This document shows positions 43,859-58,730 of a stretch of DNA of 64,000 nt, piece by piece. This DNA comes from Vicugna vicugna (lineage: Eukaryota). Below the pieces are notes generated by a model, which saw nothing but the letters and a program-made list of their open reading frames with translations, did no database searches and had not been told where the DNA came from. Each line of letters opens with the position of its first letter. Within the stretch, counting starts at the first letter, position 1. The translations under genes and the position numbers were made by a program. Location: positions 2,196,917-2,260,916 of the forward strand of contig MU058418.1 in the NCBI GenBank assembly GCA_013265495.1, in the 5' to 3' direction.

Positions 43859-46689
43859 TAGTGTACTGTGTAAACTCAGATTTGATGGTACTTTGAATAT
43901 GAGATACTTTTCTTTTTGAGAAATAATCATAGGCTAAAGTAGTCGGTCCTGCTGCATGTTTGCCATGAGGAATTTAGCATCATTGATGAACCGATAGTAG
44001 GTTTGAGAAATTGTCATTGCTGATTAACGTTTTGCATTTTCCATAAGATGTAAAGTTTCAGAGCTTCCTCATTGACCATTAGTTGAAGCTCCACTAAAGC
44101 AAACCATGAACATCTTTTTGAGTGCTTCCTCCACACGCGGAACGACAAAGAACTCTAACATCTAAGGAGTCGGTCTTGGAATTTGGATTTTAATGTGGCG
44201 GCTAAGCAGCGTCACTTGGGAATGCCAGTGTTCTTTCCTCCAGGAAGCACAGGGAGCTCTAGGCAACCCTGGGAAGGACGGGAAACCAGAGCAGTGGCTT
44301 TAGTGGCTGATACCACTTTCCCACCACCCTGACTGCTCCATCCAGGCTTTCTAGGGTCATTCGCCAGTATGGGTTATTTTGATGACAGTTAAATTGGTAG
44401 CCATAGTCCTGGAGGGAATGAACTGTTTACCTGAGGTGTTCTGAAAGGACGCCCTCTAGCACAAGCCTCGGGGTCAAGCAGACTTAGGTTGAAATCTCTG
44501 CAGTTGTGTGACCTTGGACTAGTTATTTAACCTCTTTGTAAGCCTCCTTTTCCTCACCTGCAAAACGTAAATGACAGGGTTCACATCCCAGAGTCATTGT
44601 GAAGCTTTAACCAGCAGACTCTTTAGTGTTTTTAATTGAAGAGTCATGTACTCATGATAGGTAACATTTTTTCACATAGGAGGTTGGAGCCTGGCCCTTC
44701 TGCTCAAGGCCTGTGAGGTCAGGTTCCCTCGTGCTGCTCAATGTGATACAGCCCTTATTTTGTGCAAAGATGCCTCCCAAACACCACTGGGGTCATTGCC
44801 AGTCTGTGCCAATCATGTGAACAGTCCACAAACAACTGGTAAATTGGCAAGTGCTCATGTTACAGTGGTTACCAAGTTCTCTGTTACTTCAGGAATATTT
44901 AAAACATTAAGGGAATGTCAGAGTTTATACATTTCTCAGTTTCATTCTTTTAAGTGCATATTACTGGAATAACCAGCTTAATCCCTAAGCTTACTTTCCC
45001 TATACATGAAGCAGTGCTAGTTTTCCCACTAAGTTTAATATTAATAAATGATTGCTAAGGGTTTTTGCTGACAAAAATTGGAGCTAATTATGTTTATTGG
45101 GTGAGAGATGAGTATAAATACCTAAATTTAGCTTTGGTGATGCAATTGTCTATGGGTAAATGTGGTTGATTTTCTGAAACTTCATGTGTTTTCTTAAAGT
45201 ATTGAAGCTATTAAGATACAACTTGGGAACAAACAAAACTTGATTTTCTATTGCTGAAAATTAGCTTGTAAATTACAAGCATATATTAAACCACTTGCTT
45301 ACCTTGAGTTACATAACTGAGGCAGGCAGCGTTGGAGTTTACTCATGGGAATAAAAGGAAGCTGATGTTACATTCCCATTTTTTTTTTTTAAAGGAGACC
45401 GAGGTGCAGAGAGAATGTGTCAGCTACAGGCCTGCCAACTGAGAATAAAGTTTTATCAAAGTAGATAGTAGGGCTCTCTCAGTTGATTTGGTCTATTTTT
45501 TTTTTCTCCAGAATGTCAAAATTCCAAAAATTGGTTTTTGGCATCCACAATTGATACTGCTCATAAACAGTATTTATAAAGCACGTAGGATAAATTTCAG
45601 TGGTTTATTTTGTACTTTTCTAGTGTTACCAACCTATACAGATTATTTTGATGACAGTTAAATCAGTATTATAATTCTCAGAAGAAATGAACAGTTTAGC
45701 CAAAATCAGTAACAAGGTGAGAGCATGGTTGTCAGGAGCTGAGCTGGAATTTCTGCAAGGGCATGGCCTTAGACCTGTTACTTAACCTCTGGAAAAACTT
45801 GTTTTCCTAACTGTGAGATGCAGATGACTACACACATCTCACAGGTCATTTTGAGGATTAAATGAGCCAAAGTGTGGGAAATACTTAGTACTGGATCTAA
45901 CTCAGAGTAAACACAGTCTCCAAGCAGCCAGACTCTGGAGAGGCTACCTTCCCTTCATACCTGGGTGACCAGAGGCAAGTCACATAACTGGTCCAATTCT
46001 CAGTTTCCAGATAAGTAAAATAGAGATGATGGTGTCCAACCTATGTTTTTCTGAGAATTAGGTAATATAAATCTTTAGCACATAGTAAGTCCAACAGATG
46101 TTAGTATTGTTCTTATTCTTTAAAGAGACTACATTCTCTAGTTGTGACATTTATTGAAAGTCATATAGGATAGCTGTAAAATCTGCAAACTCAGATGATA
46201 TTATTCTATCACTTACTGTAACATAATATCAATTAACCTTATTTTGTATTTGCTTGTGTTCCACATTTGGTGACCATTCTGTATTTTATACTGTGTTTAC
46301 CAGTGATTTATTCTGAAATAATATTTTTATTGAATGGTAAGGGAAGGAGGAATAAACCTAGCTCTGTCCAGAGTTCATCCAAACCAGTCCCCTTCAGGTA
46401 ACTAACTACGTCTGTGACTCAAAGCCCCACATTATTGATCTGCTCAAAACCACTGTTTGAAGCTTTGCTCTAAATTAGATTAATATGTCATACATCATCT
46501 CAGATGCCAGTTATTGAATCAGTGTTAATAATGGCACCCAGATGCTTTTAGTTAATTACCTCATCAACTCAGAGTCGGAAGGTTTCCTGGCTCTGTTCTC
46601 TGTCTGATAGGGGAGTTCCCTCTGTGTCTCCCCAGTGGAGGTCATCTAGGCTCTGCTGACTGGCCCTGGTTTGTCAACTGGGACACGCC

Positions 46690-47330
46690 TGGTTGAGGAG
46701 GCAGTCATTTTCAGACAGTTCACTTACACAATTCTCCTATTGTGCCGAGATCACCTCTGTAACTTTACCTCCTAATCTTAGTTCAACCCAATGAGACCTT
46801 AAGAACACAATTTCCTCATCTGCTTGATAGTCTTTTAAATATTTGAAGACAAGTTCACATGTTCTCAGAATCCCGTCTTCTCCAGATTAAATAGCTCCAT
46901 TTTCTTAGCAGTTTCTCCTGAACTGTGGTTTTGAGTCTCTTTAGCACTCAGAATGCTCTCTTCTGTGTTCCAGTCTCTGTCAGTGCTCTTTTAAACTGTG
47001 GTGTCCAGATCTGGGTCCAACAGTAGTCAGAGTTTGGTCTGATTTGTGCCAACTGTTGTGGGACCATCGGTACTGCTATTCCCCTTTGTCCTGGATACTC
47101 TGTTTTTATCATTAAGCTTAAGTTACATTAGCTGTTTTCAGCAGTGCCATCATAATGTTAATTCTCTGGGTTTTTTATCCATTAGAACTCTCAAGACTTT
47201 TTGACACGTCCCACTGCAATGCCTTATCTGTGCCATCTCGTCATGCTTGTGTATACTTTGCCTGCTTCCAAAAAAGTATTTAAATGTGTATCTTTTTTTT
47301 TTAACTATTACCTCTAGATTTGTACCTTCT
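46690..47330 (-). mobile_element. L3/CR1 LINE remnant (more near 47940-48420 and 51370-52020)
   Basis: TTTAAATATTTGAAGAC...TCTTCTCCAGATTAAATAGCTCC...TTTTAAACTGTGGTGTCCAGATCTG. Confidence 0.7.
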
Positions 47331-48534
47331 TCAGATTTAATCAGTTGGCCATCTTGATCCTAAAACAAATCCTTGATGAAATAGGGTAAGTCCTGGAGTA
47401 GAAGAGGGTAGATGGCAGAGCCCTGTAGGATACCACCAGACAGCTCCTTCCACTTTAACATTGTTTTGTGATTTTTGGTTGGAACTCTTTAAATAGCTGT
47501 AACTTACTATACTATCAATACTGGCTATACTGTCATCCTGCCCACATTTCTCTATCTTGTTCACAAGTATCAGTTGCTTTGCTCAAGTGCATATCTGTTA
47601 TTTCAGAGGGCTCCTAAGTTTGCTATGGGAATTAAAGGGTCTTTTAAAATCTTCCTGACCTTTCTGTGTGAGCCCGTGGAATTGAACACTCTTACTACTA
47701 GGGACTGAAAAAGGAAAGAAGCTGACTTACTAGGTATTTATGCAAAGGAAGAAGTAGCACCAACTTGCAATCTCCCATCCTCTGATACCTGGTCCCAAGG
47801 CAGATTTCTGTCCTGGTGCAGGTGCCCTTCCTCTGAGTATATGTGCTGGGTGGTGGAGGTAAGGACGATTCCCCCAGTCCCGGGCTCAGTCCTTCCCTCC
47901 CTCCCTCCCTCTCACACACACACCCCTCTTAAACAGTTAGCCCATGTCTTTTTCACTCCCCTGATCTGATATTCTGATTCCCCCATCAGAAAAGAAATGA
48001 GATTTGCCTGATGTGGCTTGTTTTAGTGAGTATATCTGGATTCGTAGAAGTCACTGATCACACATCTCTAGTAAATACCTGACACTCTCATCTCGCTGGC
48101 ATTGACATCACACTCATTGCCATATAGTTTTTGAAATCTTTCACCTGCTTGCTTTTGAGCATCAAGACTGCATTTGCCTGTTTCCAGTGTATGTTCCATT
48201 CTTCACTGTTCCTTAAAAGCATATTGATCTCAACTGTACCAGGACACCTGAATGTTCTTAGAGGGGCTCTGCTGCTTCCTTCCATCTTGCGGGCTGTGCA
48301 CAGTTCCCTCTTGTCTTGTGTTTTTCTCTCTCCAGAGTGAAACTTACCATGGCTGGAGAAGATAAGAACAATACGGGAATTAAGTAGTTCTACTTTCTCT
48401 GTCATTATTTTCAATGTGGCATTTCTAACACACAGAGCAGTGTTTGACACAGTAGGTGCTTAATAAATGTTGAAGACTTAATGAATTCTCCAGAAGAAGC
48501 AGACTTATCCTTTTCTGTTCTGTTCATGCTCTAC

Positions 48535-48693
48535 AGCCTTGCTACTCAAAAAGCAGTCTCAGGACCAGCCCCTCTGGCATCCCCAGAAACTTGTCACAGA
48601 TGCAGAATCTCGGGCCCCGCCTACTGAATCAGAGTCTGCCTTTTAACAGAGTCTCCAAGTGGTTGGTGTGTGCACTGATTTTAAGAAACACTG
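48535..48693. mobile_element. MER5A (hAT-Charlie)
   Basis: AGATGCAGAATCTCGGGCCCCGCCTACTGAATCAGAGTCTGCCTTTTAACA...TTTAAGAAACACTG. Confidence 0.85.
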
Positions 48694-49814
48694 CTCCACA
48701 GCATAACTTCAGTCTCAAGCAAAACTCTAGGAGCCTCTCCTGTTATCACAGCACTGGTGCACCACCACAGTTCACTGGGCATCCTGGTCCCTTTTTCTCC
48801 TCCTTGGTCCTGTATTCCACTTGCCATCTCTAAGAGAGTTCTCTATGTTGCCTCTTTCATTTAAATACTCCTCATTCATCATAATTGGGATTATTCAAGA
48901 TGGTAATGTCAGCATTTTATTTTTAGAAAGCCTTTCATTTATTTAAAACCATCTTTTAGCATTTTTTGGCTGTAGGCTCTTTTTCTGAACCTTTTGAAAA
49001 AAAATTTTTTTTAATTTGGTATCTCCTTTCACATCATTCCCCTTCCTAGCTCTCATCAGGGCTTTGATAGAGCATTTTCTTCCTAAATATCCATTTCTTC
49101 AGAATTCGATTTAGAATTAAATTCAGTGTTCAGAGAAAAGACCGTTTGTTCAGGATGCTTTTGTATTCTCTGCTCACAGCGGATGAGTGTTCAGGCAGGA
49201 ATCCAGATGATTGACATTCTCCACCTTCCTCTGACTGGGCTCTGTAATCAAGGAGTGAATATTTACAGTTAAAGATTAACAGAACCTGTATTATTTTCTA
49301 AGGAAACTTGGTCTTTAGGGCTATCCATTCAGTTAATGATTTTGCTGAACCTTTTTAATTAACCGTATACATAGACCCACACACAGAATAGAGTAGAAAA
49401 AGTAATCTAATTCTCAGGTAACTACACGCAGAGAATCACACCTGTAGGACTTGGGTCAAGGTCCAGCTGCTCTTGGGCAGCAGCAGGGTAATGGTGCAGG
49501 CACGGGCCCTGGGATGAAGTGAGCAGGTCTCCCGGAGTCGGCTCAGTGTACCCGAACCTTTTTTAGCTAAAAGTAAGTAACATCACAGCTCTGATGTGTT
49601 CATGGCATTTTTGTAGATTTATGACAGAATTGAAACAAGAAGGAGTTGGGAAAGGAATGAACTGGATCAAAAGCTTCACAGACCTGTTTTTAAAAGAGAA
49701 AAAAATTAACTTTGAAGTACGGCACAGGATCTCATTATAGGCCCTACAATACTTTTTATCCAGTGAATTGCAGGAAACTAACATTTACATTGAGTCTGTC
49801 TTATCCTTTTTTAA

Positions 49815-49946
<132 letters not shown>

Positions 49947-51112
49947 TGAACTTTAAACATTAAATTCTTTGCATATAACATTTTATTAGAGAGAAATGAA
50001 TGGCTACTCAGTGTCACATTGCTGTTACAGTACATGGGAGATTATAACATCTTAGACAGCTTTTTCTAAAGACAGAGATTGTGTTATATGTCTCTTATCT
50101 AAGTAGGCCAATACCTTGTACCGTGTCTTACAAGGATTAGGTACCTCTCTCAAATGTTTATTGGATATAATATATTAGTTCCTCATTTTAAATTAGTAAT
50201 TAATGTATTTCTAGATATTTGGGGGAATGGGGAGGAAGTGAGACCCATTTGCAAGGAGGAAAAGCTTTCTGTATCTAAGCAGTGAAAAAAGGCACAGTTA
50301 TGTGTATGGAAGTACATTTTAGTCACTAAAGTTTAAATTCTGTTATCTATTTATCAGAACGGCAGGAAAATTTCTACATTAAAAGAATAGCCTCAAATGT
50401 ATAACACTTTAGAATGGTATTTCCAAATTTAAGTAATTGCCCAGTTTTAGGTAGAGTTTAGTCCTGGTTTGTTACTGGCTCCTCTGACCTTGGACAAGCC
50501 AGTTTCCCCAGTTGTGAAAGGGTGCTAAGGTCTATTGCCAGTCTGGAACACTCCAGTTGAGGACCCCGCCTCCTCATGGTTAACCATCCCAACTTTAGGC
50601 GGTGAAGGCCATGAAGTAAGATGGCAAATGATTTTTAGTTCTTAATAAATTATTAATTAACTTGTAAAAAGTATTTATAACCTTGAAATTCTGGGCAAAA
50701 TCAGAATTCATTTTGCTAAGAAGGTTTGGCTGTTCTGGGAGAAAGGTAGGACTTTAACAGTCTAACATTGCCCATAAGCAGGATGTGAAATAGAAAATAT
50801 AGTGAAATAGCCATACAATTTTTATCTAGAAAGCAGAGGGTATTTATTTAAGAGCAAAAAGGAATTAAGAGCTGAGTAATTTGATTTCTAAAGTAATTCC
50901 CTGCCCCGATCCCAGCTCGCAGAAAGGCCCCCCACCTCCTCCAAGCTGGTCGCGCTCAGCTTTGCAGCTCCTGTTTGTGCACGTATCTCATTCCTCTTCC
51001 CAGTGCAAAAGTGTCAGAGGCAGGAGCTGAGCCTTGTTCAACGCGCTCTCTGTGAGCACAGCTGATGTTACAGAAATGTTTGCGAGATATAATCTAAAGA
51101 CTTTGAGAGTAA

Positions 51113-51319
<207 letters not shown>

Positions 51320-52379
51320 TAGAATTTTTCTGGCTTATATAATTATGTCTTACTTTACGAGAAATCTGTTCTGTAAGCCTGCTAGCAGGTGGCGGTCCAG
51401 CCTCTGAATTCCTCCTGCAATGGGGAGCCTGCTACTCAGGAGGCAGTCCTTCCCCTGTTAGACAGCTGGAGTTAAATCCTTCTCTTTGATAGTTCAGAAT
51501 CTGCCTCCCGTTGGTCCTAGTTTGTCGTTTGGAATAAACCCTCTTTTTAAAGTTGAGCATAGAAATTGAGAGCTACCGTAAATTAGTGGGGGAGGGGGGA
51601 GCATAGTCTTTTGTATTAGAATAGCTAGAATTTGAATCTTAGACTAGCCACTGCCTACCTGGGTGACCTTGAGAAAATTATCTAACTTATCTGGGTCTCA
51701 GTTTCCTCATTTCATAGAAATAGGGGAGTGTGTCACATACACACGTGCGCCAAGGGCCTAATGTACTGACGCAGGTGGGTGACTGGTAAATGGCGGCTGC
51801 CATTCTAGTACTATTTTTATTAGGCACAGGGCAAATCTAGTTCCTCTTCTGTATGACAGCCCTCTAGATATTTGAGGAAGAAATATTAATTTTTTTCAGG
51901 GTAAATAGCCTTCTTTCTTTCATAACTCATATGACATTGTTTCTAGTCTTTTTCTGTTCTGGTCTGTCACTTTTGAACATACTTCATTTTTCTGTCTCTT
52001 TTAGAGTTTGGGGCCTTTTAGAAGAATCATGGGACTAGAATAAGAAAATTAGGCAAAAGAAAATCAGTTCTTGATTATTCTGTTTTATTGTAAAGTTTAC
52101 ATTTTTTTGTATTTACATTGTGTAATTCATATTCTCTTCCAATGTGATATAGGTGTACCTAAACTTAACATAGTACATGTGGAAACATTTCTACAGTTTG
52201 TTTCCTAGAAATCACTTTACATTTTGCTTCATTTTCAGACACAAAGTTTGGTATTTTTACTTGCTTGATTTTCAGTTACACTTGTTAAAGTTTAGCAGTT
52301 TTAACTGTAAGATCATTGTCATATTCCAGAATTTTTAAACTCACCAAAGGATGAATGATGTTATATGAATGTGTATATA

Positions 52380-53003
52380 CAGTTGATTTTTTATATTTGC
52401 AAGAGTTGTGCTCTGTAAAGTTCCTGCAAACCCTGAGTTAGAGAACACTGAACCGTTCCTCTTAAAGTACAGGGCTAGGTTCCTGCAAGCCTCTGGTCAT
52501 CACATTTTCGTCAACAAATCAATACATAATCTCTCTAAGATGCCGTATTTAATATATGTTGTCAATTCATTAACATTGAACTCACAGCCAATAGCACTGT
52601 AACTCCTGCCTGAATGAAGCTTCTCTAACACATGTATTTTCTCTGTAACACATAGCTTTCTTGTGTGTAGAAACACTAGACAGCTTCAGCCCTGTGCTTG
52701 GGGACCATTCTAGACATTGAGATCATCAACAAAAAGCACAAAAATGAGAAAAACACGGCACTAAGCAGACTGTGAAAAGGACCCTTGTTTTCAGCGTGAG
52801 AACTAAAGCAAGAAGGCAGAGCGTCACCTTGTTCTGCCTCAGCTGGGAACAAGAGCGTTGGGTTACTCTAAATGTTCACTGTTCTGCACTTGCACCTGTC
52901 TGCAAGTGATCATAAAAGCTCTGAGTGTTGACTTTAGGGTGACAAATTTTAGTGAGCAAGCAAATTCTTAAATATGGCATCCATAAATAATGAGGAATGA
53001 CTG
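52380..53003. mobile_element. MER82-like TcMar-Tigger element
   Basis: TA|CAGTTGATTTTTTATATTTGC left end and ATAATGAGGAATGACTG right end (degenerate TIRs). Confidence 0.8.
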
Positions 53004-53775
53004 TGTCTGTTCAAAAAGAAAGAAAAATTAAACCACTTACATTTTAAAAGCAACATTTTCAAACTGTTAAGTCAGCATTTTGAGTCAGACTCAATGTAAC
53101 TTTCTTTTCCTTCAAAAATATAATATTGAGTCACACACTTGGAGCACTATCCTTGCCAGAAGTCAAGAGTCTTACCCGCATAAATCATGCAACAGTTGCC
53201 TTTTTGGCACCTATTTAGGAGTTCGGTCTGGCTTCAGCAGAAATAGTAAGGTAAGTACCGCGTGGTGAGGAAGTCGCTTCATCTTATCTCAGTAAGTGGT
53301 AAATTAGCAGTTTCTATTTAAAGTGTTCCGACAGCGTTCTAATGAATTAACCCCGGCCTAATGTGGTAGATGTTGATACTCCGGTTCATCCCACTGTGGT
53401 TTTGATTATTATGTCGGCCTCCTTAGGTGGTATAGTGTAATAAAAACATTGCCCACAAAGCTGAGTGGCTTAGTGTTTTGTCACTGGCTTTATGAGTTTA
53501 ATTTACCTGAAAACTAATTGTGATATATACAACCAGAGGATATGCCTCTTAGCAGTAATTCAGGTATCAACTCTGCTTCAAGACACAGAACCTTAAATTC
53601 ACAACTGTCAGGCCTCATAGTCAGAGAAAATTCACTGTGAAGACTGATCGCATTGAAGTTACTGAGTGCCATTAGTTCATGAAGTTTTATGGCCCAGGTC
53701 ACCTAAACGCCCCTGAACATTTGCTTAGAATATATATAGCGCCAAGGGCAAAGAAGGAAGGGTATAAGAATGTGA

Positions 53776-53931
<156 letters not shown>

Positions 53932-55698
53932 TAAGATTTGCATATAGAATGAAATTTTAGAGATCAGTGTAAAATAATATAGCACTTGCAGTATAATTTC
54001 CACCAAAAACTAATAACTTCAAGTCACATAGTTTGGAGCACAGTCTATTCATTGCATCTATACAGGTAGTTTATTTATAGCACTGGGATCATTAAAGTGT
54101 TCCACACTGAAAGTAGAATTTATGGGAATTTCAGCAACACGGTACATTTTATTATTTTAGATTAGGAGTCTCACAGATGACATAAAGGCAAGTAGCAGAT
54201 ATTATTTATGTCCTTTAATAACTCAGCATCCTCTGTTTCCCACAACATAAAGTACTTAGGTAAAATTTTATATTCATTGTATTTATTTTTGTTGGCATCC
54301 TGAGGAAACATTAAAGCAAATATGCTCAGACAGAGAACTTAGTAGATAGTCTACGTATTACTGTAACATTGTTTTGGGGATGACTGTTATTTTATTATAT
54401 GCTATATATAATAATAATATGAGGAAGAAAACAAACCATGTTTACAGTCTTTGTGCTTTGGGATTGGAATGAAATATGTTCTAGCATAAGAATCTCTGTT
54501 ACTGCCATTGACCTGAATAATCCCAGTGATAAGAGTTCATCTAGGCCCTGGCCAGAAACCCTGGCCGGATTGTAGATACTGAGTCCTAATTGTAACTGGG
54601 AGTGTGTATGGTGTCCTAATTGGATTCTAGCCACTTGTGATTTATGTAATGAGATATATATTACTGTTTTCTTGATGCACCATTTACGCGACTTAAATAC
54701 GTGGCCTTAAATAGCTGCATGTTAAGCCCTGGACCAGATGCTAAGAGGATTTTAAAAGAAGGGACATCCTCAGAACATTTAGAATTTTAGGAGTTCCTGG
54801 GACAAATATGTAAATGACCAACTATATTAGTGTACAGTACCGAAGTGCTATCAAGTGTAATTTTTAGTTGCAGAAAGTCAGAAATTAATTTATTTTCTGT
54901 AATATTTAATCACTGGTCAGATAGTATTATATATTTCTTTCCTAGAAATTGCAGAATATTAATGTATTTTAAGTCCTTTGCAGGGAATTTTTTTAAAGTA
55001 AGAGTGAAATATTAAATATTTTTCATAAAAGCCAAAAATATTACCATAAAATATTTTCTGAACTAAAAAAACGATATTCTAACTACTCGCAAATTTGGCA
55101 CTAAAATAAAAGTAAGTAAGTGTGGGCTTTTTCTATGTTTTTTTCTATCTACTCCTTGGCATTAGAAGGAATGTTCAGCAAATAGAGTTACTTACTAATA
55201 ACACAACTTAAAATGTTAGTTTATGTTCATCAGTTGCTCACTACTTTCGTACAAGTAATTAGCTGCCGCTGTGATTGATAAAAATTCATAGAAGGGACAG
55301 AAATATAGATTTGGCTATTGACTTGTTCTTGAAGCTTCTACAAATTATAGGTTATTTTACTAATACCTCAAACTTAATAGCCTTCTGTTATTTTACTATG
55401 AAGTTTGAAAATATTGATTTCAGTTACCAAGGAAGACACAGTAGCCAAGTGGTAAATAGATACTTCTGCACATGATAAACACATCTTTTTTGTGTTTATA
55501 GCAAGATTAAATTCATGTCAGGTCAGTACATGTATATGATAAAATATTAAACTTTTCTCTTTAGCCCAATTGAAGCCAGAAACTCATTTCTCGCAGTCAT
55601 CTCTTATGCTTCACTAGGACTAAGGCTTTGGGACACAGTGATCCACAGTGAGTCTTGAGGGTTTAACAGATGCTTCACATCCACATTCATCTTTTTAA

Positions 55699-55950
<252 letters not shown>

Positions 55951-56424
55951 TAAAATACTGCTTTCAGCCGCATTATCTCACTCACCCCATTTAACATGCG
56001 GTGTTTGAGGCACTGCAGAGATGCATGCATTTGGCAAAGATGTTACTGAATGTGGTTTCATTTTGAATTTCATACAACTGGTGCTTTTGTTCCCAGGTGT
56101 AACAGTCAATTTCTTGTCACTTCAGAATTCTTAAGAGAATCCCGTCCCTCTTTGAGCAGCCCATCCACTCGAGGTCCATTTATTCCCTTGCTCAGCACAT
56201 TGTTGGAATGCAGGGTTTGGACCTGTGGGTCATAACCCCCAGGGGAGAAATTCATCCTGTCCAATTTGACATTACCAGCATATTAAGGGAAAACAAAAGG
56301 CAAGTAAACAACAGAAAAACCAAATTTAGCTTTGGGGAAATTTGATTTTCAGAAATAACCAAAAGTCATTAGCAGTAGATATGGCAAATAAAATGTGTTG
56401 ATATAAGAACCAAATCCTTTATTC

Positions 56425-56640
56425 CAGGGGTTGGCAAACTACAGCCTATTGGCCAAACCAGCCTGCTGCCTGTTCTCAATAAAATTTTATTTACAACCAG
56501 CCATACCTGATTGTCTGCTGTCTGTGCAGTTTCTGCATTGTCACAATAGAGTTGAATGGTTATGGCAGAGACAGTGTGACTCAAAGAATCTAAAATATTT
56601 ACTGCCTGGCCCTTTAGGGAAAAATGTTTGCTAACTCCTG
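56425..56640. mobile_element. MER58A (hAT-Charlie)
   Basis: TIRs CAGGGGTTGGCAAAC / GTTTGCTAACTCCTG; internal CTAAAATATTTACTGCCTGGCCCTTTA. Confidence 0.88.
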
Positions 56641-56872
56641 TATTGTACAAAAGCAATTAGTAATTGCCTAATAGTTTTTTACCCTAAAATAAACTATTTT
56701 AGTGAAAATGAAATCAGATTTTAAAAAACCATTAACTGAGAAATTTAATGAACAGGTTGAAGAAACATTGTGATTGCTTTCGTGGGAAAACTCACAGGTT
56801 CATTTTCTTCATCTTTGGAAATTATTAATATGCTAAATGTCTAAAAATCCTTCCTGGTTTTTTTGACCCCAG

Positions 56873-56955
56873 AATGTGGTCCAGCCTATGAAAGAGGTAT
56901 ATGGAATTAACCTCTCAGATGGCCTCTCAGAAGAAGATCTCTCCATTTATTTAAG
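56873..56955 (+). CDS. FIG4: FIG4 exon 21, 83 nt
   Basis: gaccccag|AAT...AG|gtaaaa; [28 protein letters not shown]. Confidence 0.95.
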
Positions 56956-57910
56956 GTAAAATATTTTCATGAGCGCTAAACGGAAATTGCAAATGCATTA
57001 TTACAATTAATTTATATCTAGTATAATTTTAAAAAATTGAAAATAGCCAGCAGTACAGAAGGAAGTAACTGGAATACAGTAGTAACATTTAGGAGGTCAG
57101 ATTCTGAAATGTTGATTTATATTTGGAGTTCCAGGACCTACTTACTGCTTGAGACTCTCAGTGCCCCTCAGGGATAAAAATGTATGATGCTTACATGTAT
57201 TTTCACTGCCCAAATACTGTCTGCAAACTGAAGTTCAAATTCGTTTCTTCATTCGTGCATTAACAAATCCTCAAGATCAAGTGTCTTCTTACAAAACAAA
57301 CCCGGGATATTGAAGATTGAGGACCTCGTTATTCAGTTCAGTTCGGGGGGTGCCAGTGGGAGTGGTGGCAGAGGAGGGAAAAGGAAGCAGTGACAGAAGA
57401 GTACCAACTCAGAATGGTTTAGATCTTTATTAGGAAGATCTAGCTAAAAAGAGGGGACTCACCAAAAGGTATTCCCTGAAATAGTAGATACATTTTCACG
57501 TGTGTGCCTCTGCAGAGAAGATTCATAGTTTCATAGAACCTGAGATCAGACTCTCAGAAGAAGCCCCCACTTATAAATCTCAAAACCTCAAAAACCTGAC
57601 TACACCACTGTGAACACTCCCTCAGCCTAATGCATGCATTAGGAAGACTTAATTATTGCAAGTGAACATGGCACCACTTCATATCCGTTTGGCTCATGTA
57701 AACTATCATATAAATGAGCATTCATCTTCAGGTCTTTTTTAAGGAGGGTATTTGTTTCTCAGAATCCATTGAACTGGGTTTTTCAGCTCTCTACTTCAAA
57801 CTAGTAAAGACCTGCTATAGAATATGTAAAACAAAAGAATACACAGCACTTCTCGACTGCAGAAGCACTGGTATGACTATGCCTCACTATCTTACTGGAC
57901 GCCAACTGAG

Positions 57911-57944
57911 TCATTCAGAGTCCAGCCTCATTCAGAGTCCAGCC
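57911..57944. repeat. Perfect 17-bp tandem duplication
   Basis: TCATTCAGAGTCCAGCC x2. Confidence 0.95.
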
Positions 57945-58555
57945 ACACCCTCCTCACTTGTGGACACACAGACACGCAGTGACTTAATTCATCACAGCTG
58001 TCATACTCTGTAGCTCAATTCTTCAGTAGCTGAAGTGGGCCCTTATAAGCAACGTGGTCTCGAAGAGTGAATTATCTGGAGTTAGTGACTGAAGCATAGG
58101 ACTTTGCTTATTGCAGAGAGCAGTATGTCAAGGGTGTTCACTTGCTAAAGATAAAAGTTGATAAAAGCTAATCTAAAACTTGTTAGTAGCACTGTAATGA
58201 TTTAATAATTGGTAGTTTCTGCAGCACTTTCCCCAAACTTTAAAAAAAGCTAATAAAAAAGCTAATAAAAACAGCAAACTGCACGCTTGAGGGGAAGATG
58301 GATGCATGTAGCACAGACCACACTTCAGAGGGGTGCACTTGAGAAATATCAGTGGTCCATTGCTAGGTATCCTCTCGTCTTGCTGAGCTGGCCTGGGGCC
58401 ATTCCCTTTGGCCCTCAGCTTCAAGTCTGGATTGGTTGTGTTGGAGGATTCTCTGAGGAGCGTCAGGGCAGTGGTGCTCAGCAGGTGGCCTCCTCAGTCC
58501 CTTCCCTGTCAGGCGAGTCCCCTTAGGAGTAGTTGGTGCACACTTGGGGATTTTT

Positions 58556-58730
58556 TTTTATAATTTTATTTATTTTTTTTAACATTTTTTATTGATTTAT
58601 AGTCATTTTACAATGTTGTGTCAAATTCCAGTGTAGAGCACAATTTTTCAGTTATACACGAACATATATTCATTGTCACATTTGTTTTCTCTGTGAGCTA
58701 CCAGAAGATCTTGTATATATTTCCCTGTGC
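58556..58730 (-). mobile_element. Young, short L1 3' end (camelid-type) with long TSD
   Basis: GTGCACACTTGGGGATTTTT at 58536-58555 and 58727-58746. Confidence 0.92.

Noticed and set aside
57551..57563. CTCTCAGAAGAAG shared with exon 21
   Set aside because: A 13-nt match with no flanking similarity, consistent with chance
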